Below are positions 19,523 through 28,970 of a stretch of 64,000 nt of DNA, piece by piece; position 1 is the first letter of the stretch; each line of letters opens with the position of its first letter. Where the stretch lies: the IMG/VR virus record IMGVR_UViG_3300029554_000001. One strand, given 5' to 3'. Both the position numbers and the translations under genes were made by a program. This DNA is from a virus. Under the pieces are notes generated by a model. That model made no database searches, was not told the origin of the DNA, and saw nothing but the letters and a program-made list of their open reading frames with translations.

Positions 19523-19916
19523 CGGATGCCGAGTCCGCATTTGCTTGGCTAAAGAGTAACCGTATACAGTGATGTGTATGTAAAAATAGTCTTTGAATTG
19601 CTGGAATTCCCTAAAGCTGTTTATGCTACAACAAAAGGATGAAATATGCCTAATTGTGAATGCTACGAAAGTAAAAAGAAATAAACAGATGATATATGGT
19701 TAAATCCTAAGTGTTGAATAATGGGTAATCAGCCGCTAAGTCTTGAATAAAGAAAAGTTCAACGACCATTTCGAAAGGAAGTATACCACAAGTGATTGGT
19801 GGTAGAAGTGGAGACTGCCTTTTAATAAAAGGTAATGATATGGTCTAATCTTATATGAAAATATAAGGCGAAAGCAAAATAAGAGTAGCGTCTTATTTTA
19901 AATTAAAATGTTTTAG
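19523..19916 (+). mobile_element. group I intron C (major tail gene), ORF-less
   Basis: 394 nt. P2 CGTATACA-GTGA-TGTGTATG at 19561-19580. Core blocks homologous to A and B (TTGCTGGAATTCCCTAAAG at 19598, GGTAATCAGCCGCTAAG, GTTCAACGACCAT). Terminal G 19916. Confidence 0.6.
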
Positions 19917-20938
19917 CTGGTGTAGGCCGCGCCACTCTTCTCGATGGCGAGCGCCTTGTTGCTACTGCAAATACTCTGATTGATTCTAGTATTACTATTG
20001 GAATCAGCTTCGAGGACCTGCGTGCTGGTATGGGCAATAAGCTTTATGGTCGTTATGCGCATACTTCTACTTTTGACCTCAAGCTGACCGATGCCATGTT
20101 CTCTCTTGAGTATCTTGCCATGAATACTGGTTCTGAGGTTGAACTCGGTGGTGACGCTATGAAAGACGAGAAGCTCACTGCTGATGCTACTGGTAAGGTT
20201 ACTTTGTCTTATAAGGCTGTTCCTATGGTTGGTAATACTAATGTTTATGCTTATATTAAGAAGTCTGGCACCGACGAAGGCTATCAGCGTTATGCTGTTG
20301 CTGGCGATGGTGTAAATGAAGTTTCTCTTGGTGAGGCAATGAAGGATGCCGAAGTTTGTGTTCGTTATATGTATCATAATGATATTGCTTCTAAGATTAC
20401 CATTAGCGCTAACTTCATTCCTAAGACTCTGACTTGCATTCTTGAGGCTAATCTTTACAACGGTGGTTCTTGTGATGTTGAGACCTCTACCCTCGCTGGT
20501 AAGGTTATCATTAAGGTTCCTCGTTTCATGCTCAACGGTTCTCAAGAACTCAGCATGAGCGCTTCTGGTGTTTCTAACACTTCTATTGAAGGTTCTGCTC
20601 TTGCTTCTGGTTGTGCTGGCTGCGACGGCGACGGCGTTTATGCTGAAATCGTTCAGGTTCTTGAAAACAAGACCGCCGCTGACATGTTCGCTAGCATTGT
20701 TATTGAGGATAAAAACCAGACCGCAAAGGCTGGCGATAAGATTGAACTTAACGTCTATGCTTGCCCTGTTGATGGTGCTCCTATTAAGTTGAATCCTGAC
20801 CAGTATACGGTTGCTGTTACCACTGGTGCTAGCACTTATGCTAATGGTGTCGTTACCGTTGTGGATACTAGTGTCGTTACTGTTAAGTTTGTCCCTAATG
20901 ATAAGCTTTCCGACACTATGAATATTACTGTTGCTTAA
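19917..20938 (+). CDS. major tail (tube) protein with C-terminal Ig-like domain, exon 2
   Basis: Frame of ORF 20030-20938 is open back to 19907. T + CT makes TCT, giving MLSGVGRATLLDG... Strong codon bias and no TAG. The C-terminal ~90 aa have a Big_2-like pattern. Spliced product is 342 aa. Confidence 0.6.
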
Positions 20939-20967
20939 TTTAATTAACGAACAGGAGATTAAAATAA

Positions 20968-21135
20968 ATGCTTTGCAGTAATGCACAGCAGGAAAATGGT
21001 GGAAGAATAACGTGCAGAGTCGATGGGAAAGAACCTCATCGGCTCTGTCCTTATCAAAAATATTGTCATTAGAAGTGTGCATGGGAAAATTCTCCTGCCA
21101 TGACGAGCTGTGAGAGGAGATTAAGAAATGGATGA
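20968..21135 (+). CDS. small Cys-rich protein
   Basis: AGGAG SD. 55 codons with one TAG. Six Cys, including CPYQKYCH-TAG-KC. Overlaps the next gene by 8 nt. Confidence 0.4.
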
Positions 21136-21499
21136 AATGAACAGCGCTTTTGATATTGAAGTTTCTCCTAAGAAAGAAAACAAGGAGAAGCAGATTCAAT
21201 ATAAGAAGTATGACAAAAACAAGCACAACAAGGGAATTGTAAAAGAAGAAATTGTTGAGTCTGTTAAGCAGGAGTTAGAAAGTGTCGCTGAAGAAGAAGT
21301 TAAGCCTATTGCCGAAAAGTCAAAATTAAAAGAAGGTTGGGCAAGAGGGATTGTACATAGTAAGTGGAAGACTTCTGCTTGGGTAATTCTTGAAAATGGG
21401 AAAGGTCTCACGATGAATAATTTTGGTAAATACTCTATTGGTGAGACTGTTGAATTTGAATTACCTTCTTGGTACAAAGATTTACCGAAGAGTAAGTAA
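21128..21499 (+). CDS. hypothetical protein
   Basis: 123-aa ORF followed by a strong terminator. Confidence 0.55.
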   Translation: MDEMNSAFDIEVSPKKENKEKQIQYKKYDKNKHNKGIVKEEIVESVKQELESVAEEEVKPIAEKSKLKEGWARGIVHSKWKTSAWVILENGKGLTMNNFGKYSIGETVEFELPSWYKDLPKSK

Positions 21500-21512
21500 T
21501 GACAAATAAACT

Positions 21513-21541
21513 GAGGATGGGGTTAATCCCATCCTCTTTTT
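21513..21541 (+). terminator. rho-independent terminator
   Basis: GAGGATGGG (21513-21521) pairs with CCCATCCTC (21528-21536), followed by TTTTT. Confidence 0.8.
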
Positions 21542-21670
21542 AGACGCGAAAGAGAATAAAAAGTGAATTTTATTTGGTGAAACAGGTGTGTTTTTCCCTT
21601 TAAAATCAAGGATTTTGAAAAGTATCTTTTTGATGAAGATTTTATTCGGTAAAGATTTTTCTCAAAGTCC

Positions 21671-21699
21671 TTGACAAAAATTCAAACATTTGGTATATT
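21671..21699 (+). promoter_or_regulatory. near-consensus sigma70 promoter
   Basis: TTGACA (21671-21676), 17-nt spacer, TATATT (21694-21699). Confidence 0.65.
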
Positions 21700-21833
21700 A
21701 AATATGAAAAATATTAAATGGAGGAAGTGAAGGCGAATCTACAACATGAGTTGTATATACTTATATTAATTGTTAATTATTGAAGGTAATAATTAAAAAA
21801 TATAAGTTCCTATAATAAAGTAGGGGGTTAATT

Positions 21834-23282
21834 ATGAGTAAAAGCAAAGACAAGATTAGAGTAAGTTTTAAAAATTCTGGAGCGGCAGAAGATGTAACAG
21901 GTTCTTGTACTGTTATTACATGGGGAAAGCCAGAACGAACAATTCTTGTCGATTGTGGATTGGTACAAGGTAATCAAAGTCTTTTGAAAGAATATCAGGC
22001 TAATAGTGCAAGATTTACATTTAAAGAGAAGAATGTAGATTATGTATTTGTGACCCATTCGCATGTTGACCATTCAGGTCGTTTAAGCCTTTTAACCAAA
22101 AGAGGATTTGATGGAAAAATTATTGTGCCTGATGGTAATAAAGATTTAATTCGAGAATTGCAATTAGATAGTGCTAAGATTATGTTAAGAGATGTTGAAG
22201 ATTTGTCTCGAAAACTTAAAAGGGAATATTCTCCGATTTATGAAGAATCTGATGTAAAAGATATGCTTACTCATATTGAAGAATATCCTTTTAAGGAAAG
22301 AATTAAATTAGACGATGATGTAACATTTGAGTTTATTCCTTCTGGACATATTGTTGGTGCTGCTCAATTGATTCTATATATCAAAAATGGTAGTGTTACC
22401 CGTAAAATAGCGTTTACTGGTGATTTAGGTAATATTAGAACCGAAACTTATTATGCAAATAAGTTTGAACCTATTCAAAATGCAAATTTGTTAGTGGGTG
22501 AATCTACTTATGCCAGCAAAGAAAAAAGTGCTAAAGCAAAAGATAGAGAAAAAGATTTAGAAAAGATTAAAACTTTTGTGTATGATGTTTGTATTGATGG
22601 AAAAGGAAAGTTACTTTTTCCTTCTTTCTCTTTAATGAGAAGTCAAGTAATTTTAACCATTCTTTACGAAATGTTTAAAGATGACGAGAATTTTAATATT
22701 CCTGTTTATGTTGGCTCTCCTTTAACTTGTAAAATTAATAAAATTTTTAATGAAATTTTAGAGGGTGAGCAACTTAAGAGATGGATTGAAGCTTCTTCAT
22801 GGGATAAGGTTAAATTTATCAATAATTATGAAGAGATTGAGCAAATTTTAGTAAAGCCTGACCCAGCAATTTTTATTTCTAGTGCAGGAATGCTTAACGC
22901 TGGTTTTGCTGTAGGTATTGCTGAAAAGCTCCTTCCAAGTGCTAAGAATGGAATTGCATTTATTGGGTATTCTGTTGAAGGGTCTTTGGCTTGGAAAATT
23001 AAACAAAAGAAGACTAAGACCGTTGCCATTAATGGAAAACAAATCCTGAGTCGTTGTAGAGTAATTAACTTAAATAGTTTTTCAAGTCACATGCAAAGAG
23101 ATGAGCTTTGCGATTATTACAGCGGTGGTCTTGGAACTAGCGGTTATGGTAAAGTTGTCCTTCAACATGGTAATATGAAAGATAGAGTTGAACTGAGTAA
23201 AACTTTATCGGAGCTTATTAGTAAAAGAAATAGAACAGACAAAGTTGTTGTAGCTAATAAATCAACAGAAATTTTATTGTAA
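21834..23282 (+). CDS. MBL-fold beta-CASP-type nuclease (RNase J/CPSF/SNM1-like)
   Basis: GGGGG SD. 482-aa intact ORF. Metallo-beta-lactamase motif THSHVDHSG plus downstream D/H motifs. No TAG. Confidence 0.7.
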   Translation: MSKSKDKIRVSFKNSGAAEDVTGSCTVITWGKPERTILVDCGLVQGNQSLLKEYQANSARFTFKEKNVDYVFVTHSHVDHSGRLSLLTKRGFDGKIIVPDGNKDLIRELQLDSAKIMLRDVEDLSRKLKREYSPIYEESDVKDMLTHIEEYPFKERIKLDDDVTFEFIPSGHIVGAAQLILYIKNGSVTRKIAFTGDLGNIRTETYYANKFEPIQNANLLVGESTYASKEKSAKAKDREKDLEKIKTFVYDVCIDGKGKLLFPSFSLMRSQVILTILYEMFKDDENFNIPVYVGSPLTCKINKIFNEILEGEQLKRWIEASSWDKVKFINNYEEIEQILVKPDPAIFISSAGMLNAGFAVGIAEKLLPSAKNGIAFIGYSVEGSLAWKIKQKKTKTVAINGKQILSRCRVINLNSFSSHMQRDELCDYYSGGLGTSGYGKVVLQHGNMKDRVELSKTLSELISKRNRTDKVVVANKSTEILL

Positions 23283-23296
23283 TTAAATAATTGTAT

Positions 23297-23318
23297 AAAA
23301 AGCTTCACAAAGCTTTTT
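23297..23318 (+). terminator. rho-independent terminator
   Basis: AAAAAGCTT pairs with AAGCTTTTT around a 4-nt loop. Confidence 0.65.
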
Positions 23319-23330
23319 AAATAAACCTAT

Positions 23331-23795
23331 TGACACAAGAGGTCAGGGTTGCCAGAGAAGTTGTATATTGGGCTACCATCCAGTGATGCAATGGAGGCTT
23401 ATTAGGGTTGTCAGGTTTCCACAGGGTAGCAATTAAAACTGTCCGACCAACATACTTTCATGCGTGGTTTCAAACGGAAGAGAAAGGCGTTTTAAGGTGT
23501 CGGCATAAACCTTATCATCTTATATACCATGTTGTATATTTAGACCAGCTACGAGGCATAGTCTTGCAGCTTTTTAATGTGGTGTCCATGAGCACAGGAT
23601 AAGGACTTAAAGAAGACCAAATTTACGGGTTCGTAAAACGGGTCTGAGCCATATATCTCATGTACCATGTGTACAAGGAGTTCCTTAAGACGTTAGAGTT
23701 TAGCTTTAGCGTTTTATGCAATGAAAAAGGTGAGACAGGGAGTAGCTACCTTTTGTTTTGCCCCAACAAAACAATTATCATCTTTTTCATTTTTA
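23331..23795 (+). ncRNA. candidate structured non-coding RNA (class unknown)
   Basis: About 460 nt with no credible ORF in a genome otherwise packed with genes. Visibly more G+C than its surroundings. Chain of helices: 23341-47/23442-48 enclosing 23372-77/23425-30; 23472-76/23488-92; 23522-27/23534-39; 23614-18/23641-45 enclosing TTTACG-GGTT-CGTAAA; a 14-bp helix 23686-99/23703-16; 23725-31/23748-54; and the terminator-like 23753-60/23767-74 followed by a T-rich tail. The strand is assumed. Confidence 0.4.
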
Positions 23796-23818
23796 ATTAA
23801 GACTTGGGGGTTTTAGTT

Positions 23819-25069
23819 ATGGGAATACAAGAATTTAATACTGAAACAAAGTTAACTTGTGCGTAGATTAGAGATGGGGAAACTCTATTTTATTCTAAAA
23901 AGACAGGTAATAGAAAACCTATTATATGGGGAGTATATTTTATTAGAAATATGCAAAATAATAAGGTTTATGTAGGTTCCTCCAATGATATAGTTAGAAG
24001 ATGGAAAAACCATTGTAGTGATTTAATTTATTAGAATCATATAAATAAGCATCTATCTGCGGCATGGTTAAAATATGGGCAAGATAGTTTTGTTTTTGAA
24101 TTAAAAGAAATTTATGAACCAAATGATAAATTTGATAAAAAAGAAAATTTAGATTGTCTTCGTAAAAGAGAACAGTATTATATAAATTTATATGATACTA
24201 GTAATAATAAAAAGGGGTATAATGAAAGCAATTTAGCGACAAATCCTTCTATTAATGTTACTGAAAAACTCCTTAATGGAGAACGAGCAATATCTCCGTA
24301 GCAGTTTTACAAAGTTGTTGATTTACTTTTGAATTCTGAGTTGAATTTAAGAGAAATTTCAGATGAAACTGGAGTAAAATATACTACTGTTAAAGATATA
24401 TATTAGAAAAGAGAGTATAAAGAATTATTAACTGGTTATAATTTTCCTGTAAGAAGTAATGATAAAACTGATAAGTTAAAGCGAGAGCATTGGAATGATA
24501 TAATGAATTTATATAATTTGGGAATGCCCGCTGAACAAATCAGCAGAGAAATTAATTGTGGAATTAGCGTGCTAAAAAATCTTTTAAGAAAAGAGGGTAT
24601 TCCGTTTGGTGTGAATAAGCCTCGTTATTTTATTTTTGATTTATATGGTAATTTAATTGGAAGTTATTTTAGTTCTTCTGACGCTGGAAAATTAATTGGA
24701 TAGAAAAGTTAGACTATTGTATCAGCGGCAAATCATGGTTGTTTGGTTGATAAAAAATATAAAATTTCAAAAAATCCAGAACCACCATCTTTCACTGAAA
24801 CAGAAAAAATATTTGGTCATTATATTTCATCTTTTGGGAAAAGTATCATTGCTGTTGCTTATAAAAATGGTAAGCCAGACAAGGTTTATAACGGCATAAG
24901 ACCAACTTTTTCAGATAAAGATGCAGAAAAAATTATAGATGCTTTAAAACAAAATAGCAATGAAGAAATTTTTGGTTATACTTGGAAACGTCTTGAAGAT
25001 GTTCCCGATTTAGACAAATAGATTTTAATGAATAAAAATTTAAAGGTTAAAAAAGGTGTTTTAAAATGA
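23819..25069 (+). CDS. free-standing GIY-YIG homing endonuclease
   Basis: GGGGG SD. ORFs 24503 and 24743 share a frame with ATG 23819, with 7 in-frame TAG. GVYFIRN..NKVYVGSSNDIVRRWKNH motif and C-terminal HTH-like repeats. The real stop, TGA 25067-25069, overlaps the next ATG (ATGA). Confidence 0.75.
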
Positions 25070-25725
25070 GTACTGACAAGTGCAAGAACGATAGTTTGTC
25101 AAATTTAGTTGAACTTATTGATATTGAACCAGAAGGTAATCTTTAGCTTCCAACTCCCTCTCTTCTGCAATATTATTTAGACAGAAAAGAAAGAGTTATT
25201 TGGATTGATAAAGACATTGATGATGATTTGTTTAATGAAATTAGACAAATTATTCAGTATAATAGAGAAGATGAAAAAAATAACATTCCCGTAGAAAACC
25301 GTAAAATTTGTAAAATAATGCTTTAGTCTTATGGAGGAACTTTGGATTCTTGCTTTGCTTTGCTGGATGTAATGAAGATTTCTAAAACTCCTATTTATAC
25401 TTATAATTTAAATGCTTGTATGAGTGCAGCAGCATTAATTTATCTGAATGGACATAAGCGTTTTGCAATGCCAAAATCTACTGTTCTTATTCATGCTGGT
25501 CAGGGAGGTAGCGTTGGTCGGTATGATGCTGTGTTGGCGCAAACAGAAAATTATAAGAGATTAATGGATATGCTTAAAGAAAATGTGCTTGAACATACCA
25601 AAATTGGAAAAGCTTTCTTAAATAAGCAGATGAAGAAAGAATGGTATATTTACATTGATGACCAGATTAAGTATGGAATCACTGATGAAATCATTACTGA
25701 CATTACTCAGATTGTAGGAGAATAA
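25066..25725 (+). CDS. clpP: ClpP-like serine peptidase (S14 family)
   Basis: ATG 25066 is in frame with ORF 25342 through TAG at 25144 and 25324. SYGG, CMSAAALI (Ser), LIHAG (His) and downstream Asp context resemble ClpP. Confidence 0.6.
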
Positions 25726-25727
25726 AA

Positions 25728-27038
25728 ATGGCTTTAGTTACAGATAAAGTACCCGAAGGTTATCTTCGTGAAATGCGTCAATTAATGATGGATATTTCAA
25801 ATGGTGACGCAACTTGGAGTAATGCAAACGATATTCGTAAAAAGTACGGTTTGCCTTCTCTGACTATTGATACAATTCGTAGAGGTGCGCTGCTTTATTC
25901 TGAATTTAATGCTTCAGGATGGGTTAACGAACCTGTTAATAAAAATATTCCTACTAAGAATACTACTACTTTAGATAGGAACGGTGTGAGAACGAGTGAG
26001 AAATTCGTAGCTTTGTCAGAAGATGAGCTTACGGATAAAACTGCTCTTTTAAAAGCACATGGTTATAATCCCGTTCAGTTTGAATTGCTTAATGCTAAGA
26101 ATAGTATTTGGCAACAAGGTGATGGCAAAGGTGGTTTGAAGAATCTTTATTCTTCTCGTATTACTGTAAAGCCTACCGATTGTGGCTTGGATTTAGAAGA
26201 GCTAAGAAAATATTTCGAAGGTTTTAAATCTCCTCGTAAGACAGAACATATTAGAGGAGATATTAGCAACAAACCTAATGTAGTTTTCTTCAGTCATCTT
26301 GATGTACATTTTGGTAGAATTTCTCAGCCTTATGAAACAGGAGTTGAGTATAATATGGAAATTGCAAGATAGAATATGCTTTCTACCACTAAGAAGATGA
26401 TTGATTCTGTTCATTGGAATAATGTGGGAAAGATTATTTATATGGTTGGTAACGATTATCTTAACAGTAGCTTTACTGGTTACACAACAAGTCAATCTCA
26501 CATGCAGGATAACGAAGGAACTTTTAATACTATCTTCAAAAAAGGCACAGAAGCTTTGATTGAAGTTATAGATATGCTTAGTAGAGTGGCGCAAGTAGAA
26601 GTTGTATTTGTTTCTCGGAATCACTCTCGATTTGAAGAATTTGCGTTAATGCAGATAATTGAAGCGTATTATAAAAATGTAGAAGAAATTAAAGTTGATG
26701 CAAGTCCTTTCCCAAGAAAATATATTAGAGTTGGCAAGACTCTTCTTGGTTTGACTCATGGTAGTGATGAAAAAGACCGTATTAATGGTTTGATGCAGAC
26801 CGAAGCTAAAGAAGATTGGGGGCAGACATCTTATCATTATTGGTTGTGTGGTCATTTACATCACAATGATTGGGCTTTAAGAGAAAATTATGGTGTTTCT
26901 ATTTTCATTCTTTCCGCCATGACAAAGATGGATAATTGGACTACAAAGAGTGGATATACTATGGCTGATGCTGGATGCATTGCTTTTGTTTTTGATTATG
27001 ATAAAGGACTTAGTGATATTAAGTTCTATTATGTTTAA
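25728..27038 (+). CDS. calcineurin-like metallophosphoesterase (SbcD/Mre11-like candidate) with N-terminal extension
   Basis: ORFs 25728 and 26376 share a frame, joined by TAG 26370-26372. Motifs LDVHFG, GNDYL, SRNH and GHLHH. Confidence 0.6.
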
Positions 27039-27058
27039 CTAAAAATAAGAGAGAATTT

Positions 27059-27283
27059 ATGGGTAAGAAAAATAAAAATTAGGCTTTTGATTAGTACAGA
27101 GATGATGAATCTGAGGAGAGAAAGCCGTCTAAGAAAAAATAGATAGTGAAGAAGAAAAAAGAAGAAGAGATTTTTGAATTCGAAGAGGATTACGAAAAGA
27201 CTCGAAACAGAAATAGATATGAAAACCGTAAAAAGAAAAAGAAGCATTATGAAGATAATGACTACTATGACGGTTGGAATTAA
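27059..27283 (+). CDS. small highly charged protein, TAG-dense
   Basis: ATG 27059 to TAA 27281-27283. 74 codons containing 4 TAG. K/E/R-rich. Confidence 0.4.
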
Positions 27284-27357
27284 TTGCCCTTACTTAAAGT
27301 TTGTGGTTTAAAAAAGTTTTGAATGATTGAACTGGATAATCAACGTTCATGGGAAAG

Positions 27358-27398
27358 GAGATAGCTTAACTGAGTAAGGTTGGGCTATCTCTTTTTTT
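27358..27398 (+). terminator. rho-independent terminator
   Basis: GAGATAGC (27358-27365) pairs with GCTATCTC (27384-27391), followed by TTTTTTT. Confidence 0.7.
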
Positions 27399-27429
27399 CC
27401 CATTCCAAAAAGGTTAAAAGAGGTGAAAG

Positions 27430-27966
27430 ATGAATAAAGGAAAAGCTTTTGAAAAGGATTTTCAAGAAGCGGCTAAGAATGATGAGCTGTTTGTGTTAAG
27501 GTTACATGATACTTCTTTATCTTGGCAGCATGAAAAAACTTCAAGGTTTCAACCTGAGAACCCCTGTGATTTTTTGGTATATGAACTTCCCAATTTATTT
27601 GCTATTGAGTGTAAAAGCACTTGTTATAAATCTTTGACTATACAGAGAGATATAAAAGATAAAGCTTCTAAGATGATTAAAGCTCATTAGATTAACAGTC
27701 TGGTGAAATTTGCTCAATAGGAGGGGGTATTTGCTGGTTTTTTATTTAATTTTAGAGATGATGAAGACATTTCAAATAATGTAACTTACTGGTTATCTAT
27801 ATAGAATTTTAGTAAATTTTTATGTGAAAATGATAAACAATCCATTAATAAATTAGATTGTATTCAATATGGAGCAATTATAATTGAACAAAAAATAAAG
27901 AGAACTCATTATACTTATAATATAAAGAAAATGCTTGAAGATATTAGAAAGGAGGAAATTAAATAA
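27430..27966 (+). CDS. recU: RecU-like Holliday-junction resolvase
   Basis: AAGAGG SD. Frame continues through 3 TAG to TAA 27964-27966. Contains ENPCDFLVYE..LFAIECKST and then HQINSL..Q-TAG-EGVFAGFLFNF (D..E.K nuclease core). Confidence 0.55.
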
Positions 27967-28946
27967 TGTATAATAAAATTTTTGATGAAGAAAAGTGGAA
28001 ACAAGTAAATTAGGAAAATAAAACCATTATGGAAGATTTTCTTCTTGAATACAAAGCGAGAAAAATGAAAGATTCTACTTTGAAATAGTATAAAAATGAT
28101 TGCAGAATTATTCTTTTGTTTGTATTAGATAATTGTGGTAATAGACCCCTCACAGAATTAAGAAAGAAAGATTTTCGTAATTTAAGTTTGTGGTTAAGTG
28201 ATACTTTAGGGGTATCTAATGCTCGTACTAATAGATTGATGTCATGTTGTCGCTCAATGCTTACATATGTTGAAGAAGATGATGATTATGATTATGATAA
28301 TAATTTAGCAGCTAAAGTAAAAGGTCTTCCCAAGGAACATGTAAGAGATATTGTTTTTTTAGATGATAGTGTTATTTTAGAACTTGTTGATAAGTTAATG
28401 GAAAAGAAAGATTACAAGAAAGCTACATTAGTTGCTTTACTTTACGATTGTGGTTCTCGTAAAAATGAAATTGCGCAAGTCGAAAAAGAAAGTTTTTACG
28501 ATGAAAGCAAAAATCTTACTAACAAACTGATTGGAAAGCGTGGCAAAATTTATAGGGCAGTTTATCATTCTTTAACTAAGAAATGCGTCAAGAAATATTT
28601 AGAAGAGCGTGGAGAAGATGATGTAAAAGAACTGTTTATTACAGAGGGTGGTTTCCCTGCAAGGGCAGAGGTACTTTATGATTGGATTATTTCTTTAAGA
28701 CCAATAGTTGAGGAAATTACTGGTAAGCCTTCAAATCTCAACGTTCATACGTTTCGCCATAGCTTTATTCAGAATTTATCGGATGGAACGCATTATTTAT
28801 GTAGGGAATAGAATTTAGGTAAAGTACCTCTTGATAAAATTAAATTATTAGTGAATCATTCTGATATTTCCACTACAGATTCTTATAGAAAAGATACCAG
28901 TCTTGAAGAGATTGGTGAACTGTTTGGAATTGACATGGATGAATAA
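27966..28946 (+). CDS. tyrosine recombinase/integrase (XerC/D-like)
   Basis: ATG overlaps the previous stop (TAATG). ORF 28116 frame with 3 in-frame TAG. Motifs GSRKNE (Arg), HTFRHSF and LVNHSDISTTDSY (His..Tyr). Confidence 0.8.
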
Positions 28947-28970
28947 AAGGATTAAAAGGAGAGAATAAAA

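Noticed and set aside
19913-21226. 437-aa minus-strand ORF, the longest antisense ORF in the window
   Set aside because: Lies antisense to the codon-biased tail-tube exon. Stop-poor because of the sense-strand codon bias. No SD and an implausible composition.
23330-23369. TTGACA at 23330 as a promoter for the structured region
   Set aside because: The nearest -10-like hexamer (TATATT, 23364) is 28 nt away, and no hexamer sits at 16-18 nt spacing. The transcription start is left open.
23541-23578. tmRNA-like tag reading frame ending ..SLAAF-stop inside the structured region
   Set aside because: No tRNA-like acceptor/T-arm ends and no resume-codon context. The tag does not end in the canonical LAA-stop.
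23408-23602. 64-aa ORF inside the candidate ncRNA region
   Set aside because: No SD. Composition is unlike every other gene in the window, and the ORF overlaps multiple strong helices.
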